Source of the DNA: Octopus vulgaris
Taxonomy: Eukaryota
Length of the DNA: 64,000 nucleotides
Direction: 5' to 3'
NCBI GenBank assembly: GCA_951406725.2
Contig: OX597820.1
Coordinates: forward strand, 123,690,001 to 123,754,000
The notes beneath the pieces were generated by a model. That model ran no database searches, was not told where the DNA came from, and worked only from the letters and a program-made list of their open reading frames with translations. This document shows positions 1-12,229 of the stretch, piece by piece. The stretch's first letter is position 1; the number at the start of each line of letters is the position of its first letter. A program made the translations under genes and the position numbers.

Positions 1-3000
1 TGGATGAATTTCGTCTGCTGCTGAAATATTTTGGGGCTTTTACGCCGGTTAATACTATCTCGAGGCATCATTGCATTAATTGATCTTTCTATGAAGTACC
101 TGCTTTAAGTGCGATACACAGCTTGCTATTTTAAACCAATATTTCTTCTGTCGCTTACAACGAACATAAATGTATGTGTCTGTGCATGAGTGTGCATGTT
201 TGTGTATTCTCGACAACTGCTTGACACCCAGTGTCGTTTTGTTGATGTCCCCTAACATAGCGCTTCAGTAAAAGCAGCAGTTTAGCTTGCCGTTTTGTTT
301 TATTTTTTTATGATGCTTTGAAATACATAATTTATACCAAAACTATTAATTGGTTTCTATTAATTTCTACATAGGCTAGGAGCCAGTCCTTCTAAGATGT
401 CAGGCTATGCTTCCAATAAGATGTCCTTCCGACAAACAAATGTATATAAAACAATGTATTAAATTTTACTATACTCATTAAAATCGATGCAAATGAGAAG
501 TGTTTTAATCTGAATAAATGTAATGCGATTGACCTTGATAGAGGTAATTTAGTAAATTATATTGATCTGCTCATTAAATTTTACGCAAAACAGAAGTTTC
601 ATTGTGGAATCGTTTCTTATTAGTGCACCTAAAACCAGTCATTGTCGCCACCGAGACTATTCAATACTACGTCTTTTGTTTTAAATTACACACATGTACA
701 ACTAAATTTCCAATTAATACAAAAGGTAATTTTACAAGAAACTATGGAAAATGATCTCATTAAATCAATCACTACCAGTAAGGTACTAGTCATAATCAGT
801 AAATCCAATAAGGCATGTAATTTCACAAAAGAAAAAAAAATGAAATATAGTGAAAAACCTTTCAATTAAACAAAGGAAGGTCAATTTAAAACGTTAATCT
901 GAATAAACCGCAGGAGGGAAGATCAACAAGAAATGATAATACGAACGCGTGCCACTACGATTCAAGACCAAGTAAAAATTCTTCAGTTCTCTGCGAGCTT
1001 CATATTTCATTGACTAATTGAAGATCTTCAGAGAAAGAAGGATAACTTAAAAAAGAAGCAACAAAAACGTTCCCACCAATCTATAGATAACCAAAGTAAT
1101 GGAGATGCATTTAGAGTCCTATGAAAGAGAATTTCTCGTAAAATAAGGTAAGATGCTTTTACTCTTTATTACAAGCAAATGGATAAATTGTCAAATCAGA
1201 CTCTGTTCTAGGAATATCAATAGAATTGTAAATCAATTACGAATTCTTAGAAAAACTTTAATATAATGTTTCACGCCGAATTTTTAAGTTATGTTGGGAA
1301 ATACCACAATCCCAATAGCATATTACTGTCATTTCATTTAGTGCGTATGAGTAAAGTGATTTGTAACAAAAGCATTACGAGCAAAGGAAGTGATAAAAAC
1401 AATGTTTTCGTTGTCCTGAACACTTAAGATTTCGCAAATAAGAACCCAAACGGATTTAAAGATAGAACTGAATTTAGGTAGACACCAGCTTAAAACAAAA
1501 AGCTATTAAATTATTCAGAAGCAGCAATGCGATTAGCGATACTTCTACACTCTGAACGGAATAGAAGCCGAGAATTATCATGCGTTCATACACGGAAAGC
1601 TTACGACTAATAAAAAATAACATTTTCAGACCCATTAAATTGCAAGTATACATACTCATCTAGAACATTGAGATAAAAACAATAGTAAAATCTGTAGATA
1701 ATATTTATTAGCCAAGAATAAAGTGTATCTGTATGGATAATAGAAAGAAATACACCGATGAATTAAAAGTTGTAGCCATCTCATTTACTTTCTCAGCACC
1801 TTATCAACTAAGTACTCGAATCCATGGCACTTTTAGAAGCCTCACTTTATACATGATACCTTGAATACTATCTCCCAACTCATTACTAAACGTTCCTTTT
1901 GTTATTCAGAAATATCTATTTATTTAAAAAAATGTCAAAATAGTACCCATTATCAGGGATATGTATCAATATTTTCTTCTCTTGAATAGATAGGAAATTG
2001 CGTATAAACCCGATTACAAGTAGAAGTCTCAGTGAATGATATTCACTTTTTGGCCTTGCCAAATTTTCGGAAGTAGAGTGGGAAAATTGCTTTTCTTAGT
2101 TCTTTTTTATCCAATTAAAATAATGAACCTTTTAGGTAAAAATCTGGCTTCAAGAATACTCGTAATTGGTGAAAAGCCCGATATTTTTATCAAAGAAAAT
2201 CGAGAATACGTTATTCCCACATAATTACATGTCATTTGTAGCTTAAGTAAAATATATTTTAGCAACGAAATAATAGTAATGTTATGACAATTATGCTTTC
2301 GCAGAGTTAAACTTTCAATTACGACATTTAACCATGCGAAGAAATTAATTTGTAGGAGCTTACAATTGACTTTTCGATCCTAATTAGGCAACGAAACGCT
2401 ACAATGCTTAAATAAAGCTCGCAATTATGTACTGCTTCCACATCTGTAATAGTGCTGAAGATACCTAACATCTTAGATCGCAACTAGAAAATAGCAACTC
2501 GGTAGATTGCACTCTCCACAAACGGACTTACGCCATCCTTTGATCGACGACCTTTTCTAACATTACTACCCAATAAAATGCACTCCAGAACTGTCGGTTG
2601 CCTTTCCTTGAACAGCTAGTAACCTCCAAATTCCCCTGTTCTTGGTGTGTCAAATTCCCTTTCATCACATCAACTATACACAATCTTTCCTCCCCAGAAC
2701 ACTGGTGCTGTAGAATATCCTCCCTTTGGCATCTCTTTCCTTCAAATATTAACTTACACAGCTTAAATGGAACATTAACAGATAGTGTTCATAGTTTTTG
2801 CTCCTTTTTATCTTGGCTCTACAAGTAGAAACCTATAATGTAGCTTGGTGTTCGTCAATAAAAATCTATTTTTATTTTTGCTTTTAAATTTACTACAATG
2901 TGAACCAGCATAAATTCCTTGTCAGTAGTTTAGAAATGGTTCTCTTCAGTCTAGCACTCTGGTAACTATTATAACATTATTCTGTTTGATTCGAACATCT

Positions 3001-3811
3001 GCATATGCTACTGTATTTTCTAGTAGAACACTTTAACAGTAAAGTAAATATTTGATGCTAAAGTAGAAAATATAATACGGAAATCTATCGACAAAGCCAC
3101 TTTTATAGCTTCCTTTCCAACTGAATCTTTGGCAGCGGAAATCGAATCAGGAAATTCACAATCTTTTTCTATAGAAAAAGAAAATCTCGATTAATTGATC
3201 GAACTAGTCTGTTCACTTAACTTATCAAAAGCTGCAACTTATCTAGGGAAAATATTTATCAGATACTATTTGATCACCGATTTTAGATATCCAATGTTTG
3301 TTCGTTGTGAGATAATGCTTCTTTTACGGCATGAAACAGAAAACTAAAGTACGTTAATCGAAAAACAAGTTTCAATAAATACTATACACTTAAAAAAGAA
3401 ACACCAAGAAAAAACAATGTTTTATACTAAATCTGAATGTTAACGAATCAGAACCAGTGATAATGTTTTGGAAATATTCGAGTGAATATATTTCTACGAT
3501 TGAAACTTGAAGGTTCAGTTAGTGCTAATAGATTTTAATATTTTACTCAAGGAGGTTATCAAACATAGACTCTTATTTATGTATATAATTAATATTCGAT
3601 AATTTAATATTTTTGTGTGAAGTTTTGTTATCGTTTTTCTACACCACCAATTATCTCGTTAATTACTTATTAGAGACATAGATCTTTTTTGTCCAAGTAC
3701 AGTCATGTTTATGTAGTTCTCTGGGCATGCGTAGGCCCATACATGTATGTGCTTCAGGTTCAGGCCTGTTGCGCATCATCTCGCGCAAGTGAATTCTACT
3801 ACCCCTGTTGA

Positions 3812-4060
<249 letters not shown>

Positions 4061-6239
4061 AGTGTATGCATTTGTCATCTTATATGCATGTATGCAGTTG
4101 CTTCAATTTTTTGGTTGCTTTACGTTTCCATAACTTAGCTGTTTGGCATATGTGACTGATAGAATAAGTACCAAAAAATAAAATGCAGTTATACTGAAAT
4201 CAATTTGTTCCAGCAAACACTTCAAAGGGGTGGGCAGCATGGATGCAATCTCATGATTGCAACAAGTAAAATGACACTTTAAAAACAGGAATACGTGTTG
4301 CTCACGCTATGCAAAAACTCTTCAATTTGGTTACTATATTTGGCAAGAAACCAAACGAAAACCGTGGTCTCGACTCACCAAAACATTTCTTTATCAACGG
4401 AGCTCTGCATTTTCCGTCTTATATTTCTAACATAGATCACAAAGACCCTTTATAGACATTTAGACGGATAAAAGGCAAGGTCTGCCTGTTGGTTATTTAA
4501 AATCAGAACAGAAAATAACGTAAATAAACACGTGCTTTTTTATTTTAAGTGTGTTGTTTACGGAAAATTCAGGATTGTTTGTCTTATGACATTAGTTATA
4601 CAAATGAAATGGAATCAACAGGGTATTGAAATTAGGACCTAATCTCGGTTTGGCGGGATATGACGTCTTTTGATATTATCATCCATAAATTTGTTCTACT
4701 TAATGCTGAATCGTATATTATGTTATTATAATTATGAGTTATAACGAAAAATGTATTATCCCAGTTTAATGTTTTCTTTCAACAGAAAATATAAACTTTA
4801 ATTAGTTATTTCGATAAAATGCTTGCTACCTTAGAAAGAAGCATATTACTATAAGTTTTCTTCGGACTTTTACAACCCACTCACATTGATGATCTTGGGT
4901 AAGCACATTTGTAAAATTATACATTGTATACTAACTTTTCAATGTGTCTCACATTTTTTCTTCTGGCCAGATTGCACTTAATTCTAACCGTGCACACCTC
5001 TGTATGTGATATCAGCTGTCACCCTTCTCTTATCTTCCTCACATAGCTGTCAACCACACATTTTTTAATTCTATGATGGGAAAATTGTGAACACCCGTCA
5101 GCGAGAAACGTGTCAAACTAAACAACATCATAAGGCAGACTGTCAATATACAGAAAAAGAAAATAGTTCTACTTCAAATCGTACGAAAGGAAGCCTTCAA
5201 ACAATAACAGCACGTAAAGCCCTCATTATAGCTACCGATTTTTGATTTCGCGATGAGTTATTGAGATTTCTTGGAGACTTGTTTTGCTTCTTTTTCAGAG
5301 TAAGAAGACAGAGTAAAGAAGACAGGAGCATCCATGCTCTTTTAGGAGCGTCCATGTTCTTCTTAGGCTGCTAGAAATAATACCACGTTTTCCTCAAATT
5401 ACACCCTACTCCCTTAAAGAACAATACATAAAATCTTGTAGTCTCTGATACAACCAACAACTCATTATTACTGTCAATGCTAACCATGGGTACACGACAA
5501 ATTCCATAAAGAGACATGCAGTAGCCACTAAGTTATCGATCTGCTGTATCTTCTTTATAAACTTTCTACTGCTATTATAACTCTCTCTTTATTCTGAAAT
5601 ACTAAACTGCATACTACACCGTCCAGGTCCTCTTAGTATGATATTTTTCTTCTCTGATGACCCCACTGAAATCGCGTTACACGAACCTATATCCTAAGAT
5701 CAGCAAGATTCTTGAAATTAACTCACCGCCCACGTTTTACTTTTAGATTTCCACCGACAGGAATTCAAGGTGAATATCAACAGCCAAAGTTTCGATAATA
5801 CTTGAATGAATATGACGGCTATCCAACCTCTTTGAATATGCAACGGAGAAAATATTTTCACATTTTCGTGCCATAGATTCAATACGTATTCAATAATGAT
5901 AGCAATAAACTTGATTCGTCTTGTAGGTACGGAATCACTAAAATATTAATGGTGTCTTTTGATCAGGCAAGTGAAGAAAATGATGTTGCTTACAAGGAAT
6001 GGTTGATCGGCGCTACTTTAATTGCTGTGATGAGAACGGGTACTCTGTACACTTGGTTGGGCCTGCTTAACAACACCAGCTTAATCTTCTTCAAAATAGA
6101 CCTTGGATACCGTGTATAGCATAATCCACTTCGCTTTTACCAATTAAAGAGATGGGACAGCCACAGGTAGAATACTTTAAAGTATAGGCATGTGAAATGC
6201 GGTTGACTACCCTGAAGAACATCAGCCTCAGCACCAAGG

Positions 6240-6480
6240 ACTTCATTATCATTATCATAATCAGCATCAGCATAATCATCATCATCAGCAGCAGCAGAAA
6301 CCACCACCACCACCAAAATTACGACTAGCATAACTACCGCCACCATCATCACTATCACCTCTACAACGGCACTGGCACACCATTACTACCACCACCATCA
6401 CCACCAGTGCTACTACTACTACTACTACTGTCGCTGCTGAAGCTGTTGCTGCTGTTACTTCTGCTGCTGTTGTTACTGAT
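6240..6480. repeat. Compound trinucleotide repeats (CAT/CAG/CAC/CTA/CTG)
   Basis: Directly visible degenerate triplet runs. Confidence 0.9.
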
Positions 6481-6726
6481 GTTAAGAATTATAGATATTA
6501 TTACAATACTATTTCCCGACGTCCGTCTTTATGTTCTGAGTTCAAATCCTGTTGAGGTCAACCTTACCTTTCATCCTTTCGAGGTCCATGAAATAAATAC
6601 CAGTCAAACGCAGGGTACGATGCAATTGTCTACCCACTTTATCAAATATTTCTGACCCTATAGTAGAAGGGATTCTTCTTCTTCTTCTTCTTCTTCTTCT
6701 TCTTCTTCGCATTATTATTATTATTG

Positions 6727-7354
6727 CATGCTATAGTGGGTTAGTAGAGGATAGGTGTGTCGACGTTCTTATCGATACTCTGGGCTTCAATAAGAAACAA
6801 CTGGCCGATCTTTTCTGGAGGACTTTCGGGCCGGGGCCAATGGATAACTTCCAGAAATCCCCGACCTAGCAATGCTACCATAGTGTATTGCCGGTTCGGG
6901 ATAAACCCCACAAGCCCGGAAGTGCCATCAGTCAGAGCCGCCCGAGATATACGCGGAGCAATGAAACTGTTCTGCAGGCACTTGTCCAATGTCCAACAAT
7001 GTCTGACGTATGGGTTTAAATCAAGCCCTTGTTGACGTGTTGTCGCACGGATCTGGGTATCAACCGAGTCAATTGTTAAGATTGCTCTTCCCTCTTTCTT
7101 TGGTCGGGAAGGCCGGGCAGTTTTCATCTGCCCGGTGACCATGGCGAAAGAGGTTCTGTGGTGGACAAGACTGAAAGGGCTGAAGATAGGCACTTTCCTC
7201 TCTGGCAAATCTCTGACTAACATTTTCAGGTTTCACTTGAAGAGGTGGATCAGAGTGGAGAGGAAGGAACTTCCTTCTGGCAAATTTATTGAAAGATGGA
7301 CGAGAGTGGCGAGCATTGTGTGATCAGTCCTGCTCTGAGCATGCGCTTCTGAGG

Positions 7355-7396
<42 letters not shown>

Positions 7397-7620
7397 AAGC
7401 ACTTGCCTAAGTGGTCAGGGAAACCTTGATTTTCTGTGGGGTGTGCACGGTTTTCTCTTGGGAGTCTCCGCGCTATTTAGTAATTGTATTTGTTTAATTT
7501 TGTTAATTTTTGTTATTGTTTCTATGCTTACTCGGTAAGCCTCTCCGTTTGTGTCCATTTGTGCCTTTGTATTTGCGTCCATGTGTGTGCTATATAGGCC
7601 CATGTGGCCAATAAATAAAA
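6727..7620 (+). mobile_element. 5'-truncated L1/Tx1-clade LINE remnant (ORF2 C-terminus with decayed zinc-knuckle region, plus 3' UTR)
   Basis: Broken + frame reads ...FGPGPMDNFQKS.*QCYHSVLPVRDK...ETVLQALVQCP..VWV* then AKEVLWWTRLKG...FHLKRWIRVER...RWTRVA. It ends AATAAATAAAA and is flanked by identical CATTATTATTATTATTG at 6710-6726 and 7621-7637. Confidence 0.75.
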
Positions 7621-10408
7621 CATTATTATTATTATTGTTATTATTTTGAACGCTACTAGAATGCTGTTAACTGGCAGTATCGATAGGGCAGCGAAAAAAA
7701 AAAACAACAAAAAGCAAGGTTGTGTTTGGCACCTCTAACTTTTAACGAAATGGGTTTAAGTCTCACCAAAAATTAGCTTCTTTTCCCAACACTTCAGAAT
7801 CGATATTATAAAGTACTGCTGAAATATTTGGATCGGTGTAAGAGACTGCTACCGAAGACTAATACCGACACCTCTGGACATGAGCTTAAATTAGGAAGAA
7901 TTGATTAATGCTGCTGTGAGGTAGATGACCACTACTGTGTATGTGTGTGTGTGTGAAGCAATGTATATCCACAGAAATTTGATTGGTCCTGTAACTCATG
8001 TTCAAGTTTCGCTGTTAATGGTCAGTTGAAAAGAATATCTCAGGATCCATGTTTTTTTTTATTTTCACATATTTTTATAAGTGTCTCTTAATTAACCATT
8101 TGGGATAAATTATGTGAATGCATTTATCTACGAGCATGATTTTGACTAGGAGAAATATTGAGAAGGAAAGCGGAGAATGGTATTTCTGGACGTGAACATC
8201 TTTTCAAAAGCTATTAACTGCATGAACTGCAGTGCTCTGGAACGGCTTCAATGGAGCATAAATGAATTGAAGCATAAATGAAGCGAAATGGCATCGGCGA
8301 ATATTTAAACAATTTCACGTTCTCAGCTTGCCGGCAGCTTAACTCTTCTTGGCGCCTATGATCTTCAGTGATATTCCATGTCTATATTAGAATATGTGTA
8401 TTTCAACATGCGATATCAATAAAATGTTACATGCTAAGAGATACACTTTCATATTTGAACCGTATATATTGCAAACCACTCACTCTATTGAGAAGACAAC
8501 GCTTGAATGTATTTCAGGGAGATCATAGCCAATGAATATTTTAAAAAGCGAAGACCCATACACGTATAACATTTCATCCTTGAAGGTTTAACAGTTACAG
8601 ATTCATCAATTCCATTAGTGTACAGAATTTCCATTAGTCAGTTTCCTTGTCACACAGAAATAGAATTTCAAATGTCAAATGATATAGAAAAAAACGGCAA
8701 TGGCATGAGGTTGACAACAAAAACAACAGAAATAAAAAAAAAAACGATAAATTAGTGCACGGGCACGTCCCAAATTCGCGGACGAATGGACTAAAACATT
8801 ACAGAAGCATATTTTTATAACGGATTAGAAAAAAAGTAAAAGAATTAATTCAGGGATAAAATTAAAACCAGGTTAGGGGCAAAACGAGTATCGTTAAGCC
8901 AGACAAAACAAAGAGCGTTTATTGCGAGATAGATAAACTTACACACCACTGGTTTATATCCGATATATATATATACACACACACAAGGAATTTGCATTCC
9001 AGACACATAGCACCGGGTTCAGTTCCACTGCAAGGCACATATTTTTTTTCTCTATATAATACCAATCACTTAATAGTACATATTGTATTATAAACTTGAA
9101 TAATACAGAATACTGTATTATACCTTATCGAATGTCGTATAGTACTGAGTAATGTTCAACTTTAACACACACATCAGTAAGTCTGCGATAAATTACTCCA
9201 GAGTTTTAGTGACAGGTATTATTTGTATTTTGGTCAGTTCTATTGTGCCATCACTTTATTTTGAGGATTTATCTCTCAAAGACATTATTTAAAAGTGAAT
9301 ATATTTTGGAGATAGGCAGAGGATAGATATTTCTTCTTATCAAATTCTCCTAAATTAGTCGGATTAATGGATTATTATAACGGACTTTCAAATTGTTTTC
9401 GTGAGTATTGTAATCCTATTTATCACAAACTCAACACATTCGTTACGAAGATTTTCAAATTCAGTAATCAGAAACACCAATTCTAAGTTGGAGCTATATA
9501 ATTACTTAAATCCTGATAATACTGAATATGTAACTACATGATTAATAAAGTTTATAAATCTTCTTATAGTTAGCCAAAAGCATTTGTTAAGCTTAATGGT
9601 CTTGTAATATGTCGTATAAATGCAATACACAAACTGACTGCTGCTCTGTCTCCAACGCTTGAATATTGTTCAGGTGAAGATTTAAAGTGTACTGTTAACT
9701 ACAATATAAACTAAAGGGAAACTCATCATCACTGACAGGTCAAAAGTTTTCTTTCTCAAGCAGAAACAAAGAGAAACAGTTAACAATTTAATACTAAGGC
9801 ATTCTTATTTAGGAAACAGCTCATGACTTCCTGCTAAACACACACCGGAGAACTTGCTAATGATTTTTGCTGCCAGCTTCTTTGTGTAAATCTGTGCAAT
9901 CAAAGATCACCCAGAAGCACAACACGTGAAATTGATTTTTTATTTACGGAACAGTTATGGACAAGCAAAAATGCAAATTCTTAACTGACCTTCGTCTAAA
10001 TAATACACCTGAAACCTAGTCCAAACGTCGAGTAGGCGAGTGTTCGGTTAACTAATACAGATAAGAAGTATGCAGAAGTATGTTAGCTATTAATAAAAAG
10101 GTACTGCAGAAAACTACCGAACAAATATCTGGGAAATATATTTCAATTAGAATTATACCTCTTCCGTAGACGTAGTGGGAATAAGTATTCCGATGGATGA
10201 AACGAAAACATTATATAGTCTAAGAATGATTTTTAAAGTGAAAGGAAAGAATGAGAAATATTTTGGATTGATGTATTCTATCACCTTGTTATGGCAAAAT
10301 TTCAAGATATACTGCTGCTGTAGCTCTCCTTTAGAGAGATATAAAATGTATAACATTTCTACTTTTGAAAATCGGTGAATGTGTTTCTCTGAATATATAT
10401 AATAAAAC

Positions 10409-10539
10409 CTTCGAACAGAGGTCAACAGCGACCCCTGCTGGACTCGGCTGCTCCACATTCATTAGGAGCAACTACCTCGAAACCGGTCAGTGGATGCCAA
10501 GTCAGCAAGAGGTAGTTGATGACCTCCTCTGTTCGAAGG
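10409..10539 (+). ncRNA. Long hairpin enclosing a decayed type I hammerhead ribozyme motif
   Basis: Arms CCTTCGAACAGAGGTCA and TGACCTCCTCTGTTCGAAGG. Inside: TCCAC-ATTCATTA-GG..CCTC-GAAACCGGTC-AGTGGA. The 3' half is canonical but the CTGATGA core is mutated. Confidence 0.5.
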
Positions 10540-10882
10540 ATTATGGACGCAGATTTGTGTGTCATATAGCTAGCTAGAGGCTAATCAACAGCAGTATTCG
10601 TCCTATTTCTCTGGACTGTCGCATTAATTTACCAATAATAATTAATACCCAGTACCGCTGATGTATCTCTCCTTCAGAGAGATTTAGAAATTATGACATA
10701 TATATATATATTTATATATATATATAAATGTATATATATATATATATATATATATCAACATCACAATCAAGGAACGGCCATAATAGGCCATTCACCCACT
10801 AGAAATAACAGCCAAAAGCTTTAACCGCAAAATAACGTCAATTCCGTAAACCAGGAGAAAATTGAAAAACATTTACCCTGTA

Positions 10883-10989
10883 ATTTCTTAGACGATGCAC
10901 CGTTTCATCTTCTGTTTAATGGAAAACTAACCTGATTAAATTAAATCAAGCCAATCTACCATAGGCCCTTAGATTCATCAGTAAGAAAT
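10883..10989 (-). ncRNA. Type I hammerhead ribozyme, copy 1
   Basis: Minus strand: stem I ATTTCTTA, core CTGATGA, stem II ATCT...(large insert)...AGAT, GAA, stem III ACGGTGCATCGT (near-palindrome), C17, stem I' TAAGAAAT. GUC cleavage predicted between 10891 and 10890. Confidence 0.85.
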
Positions 10990-11372
10990 AGCCAAGCCGG
11001 AACAGATATTTTTCACGAGGCATTCTCGTTGCTACCTCGTCAATATCTGACCTAAAATTTTCAAATCGTCGCACTCGCGCCAAATTTATCGGCAGCAAAT
11101 AAATATAAGCCGCCGATTCCATTACGGAATTAACCAGAAAATTCATAATTAATCAATATAGGGTGGCAAAAAAATTTTGTAGAATTCTTTTGCCACCAGC
11201 GGCCTAGTGGGAAAAAATTAAATAGTCATAAACCATTTTTAAGTTCAACATCACAATCAAGGAACGGCCATAATAGGCCATTCACCCACTAGAAATAACA
11301 GCCAAAAGCTTTAACCGCAAAATAACGTCAATTCCGTAAACCAGGAGAAAATTGAAAAACATTTACTCCGTA

Positions 11373-11479
11373 ATTTCTTAGACGATGCACCGTTTCATCT
11401 TCTGTTTAATGGAAAACTAACCTGATTAAATTAAATCAAGCCAATCTACCATAGGCCCTTAGATTCATCAGTAAGAAAT
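11373..11479 (-). ncRNA. Type I hammerhead ribozyme, copy 2
   Basis: Same motif as copy 1, offset by 490 bp; predicted cleavage between 11381 and 11380. Confidence 0.85.
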
Positions 11480-11827
11480 AGCCAAGCCGGAACAGATATT
11501 TTTCACGAGGCATTCTCGTTGCTACCTCGTAAATATCTGACCTAAAATTTTCAAATCGTCGCACTCGCGCCAAATTTATCGGCAGCAAATAAATATAAGC
11601 CGCCGATTCCATTACGGAATTAACCAGAAAATTCATAATTAATCAATATAGGTTATTTTGCGGTTAAAGCTTTTGGCTGTTATTTCTAGTGGGTGAATGG
11701 CCTATTATGGCCGTTCCTTGATTGTGATGTTGAACTTAAAAATGGTTTATGACTATTTAATTTTTTCCCACTAGGCCGCTGGTGGCAAAAGAATTCTACA
11801 AAATTTTTTTTTGCCACCCTATATTGA

Positions 11828-11876
<49 letters not shown>

Positions 11877-11882
<6 letters not shown>

Positions 11883-12123
11883 GAGACAAAACCACTATTA
11901 TGCAAATCAAACAAATAAAGACTTAATCCAATACATAAAAAAATTTATATAAATTATATTTAATTTATATAAATTTTTTTATGTATTGGATTAAGTCTTT
12001 ATTTGTTTGATTTGCATAATAGTGGTTTTGTCTCTAATTAATATTATATTATATTTTCTATAAAATTGGATTCAATCCTAAATGTGATTTTTCCCTGTAA
12101 ATTTGGATTTATTCCCTAATATT

Positions 12124-12127
<4 letters not shown>
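11877..12127. mobile_element. Palindromic (inverted-duplicated) Penelope-like terminal fragment between (AT)n runs
   Basis: About 80-bp perfect inverted arms at 11877-12040 followed by a tail; a related copy lies at 43105-43240. Confidence 0.6.
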
Positions 12128-12158
<31 letters not shown>

Positions 12159-12229
12159 CAGTAAATCCTAATTCCGAAAGAGAAGCATTCTCTAAGTTAT
12201 AAAGCAGTTGACTAATTAAATGCAGATAA

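Larger units (their letters stand above)
10755..11834 (-). mobile_element. Penelope-like non-autonomous element / candidate retrozyme: 490-bp tandem unit (about 1.8 copies) plus inverted terminal segment, inserted in (AT)n
   Basis: Units start at 10755 and 11245 with about 3 substitutions between them. 11652-11834 is the reverse complement of about 11146-11325. (AT)n lies on both sides and each unit carries an HHR. Confidence 0.85.

Noticed and set aside
2525-2790. Minus-strand open frame ending at GTAAGT (candidate exon)
   Set aside because: No recognisable protein similarity, no clear acceptor, and the donor abuts a repeat-like motif.
3110-3348. Frame with LIELVCSLNLSKAATYLG, faintly like a DNA transposase motif
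   Set aside because: Too short and degenerate to support without a search.
5654-5680. CTGATGA...GAAATCGCGT HHR-like string (similar CTGATGA hits at 23156 and 25955)
   Set aside because: Stems I and II cannot form, or GAAA is absent.
6741-7223. 160-aa minus-strand ORF
   Set aside because: Antisense to the decayed Tx1-like ORF2.
11003-11049. Second HHR-like motif in the 490-bp unit (minus strand TTGACGAGG...GAAAA)
   Set aside because: No stem III or cleavage triplet; it folds as a simple hairpin.
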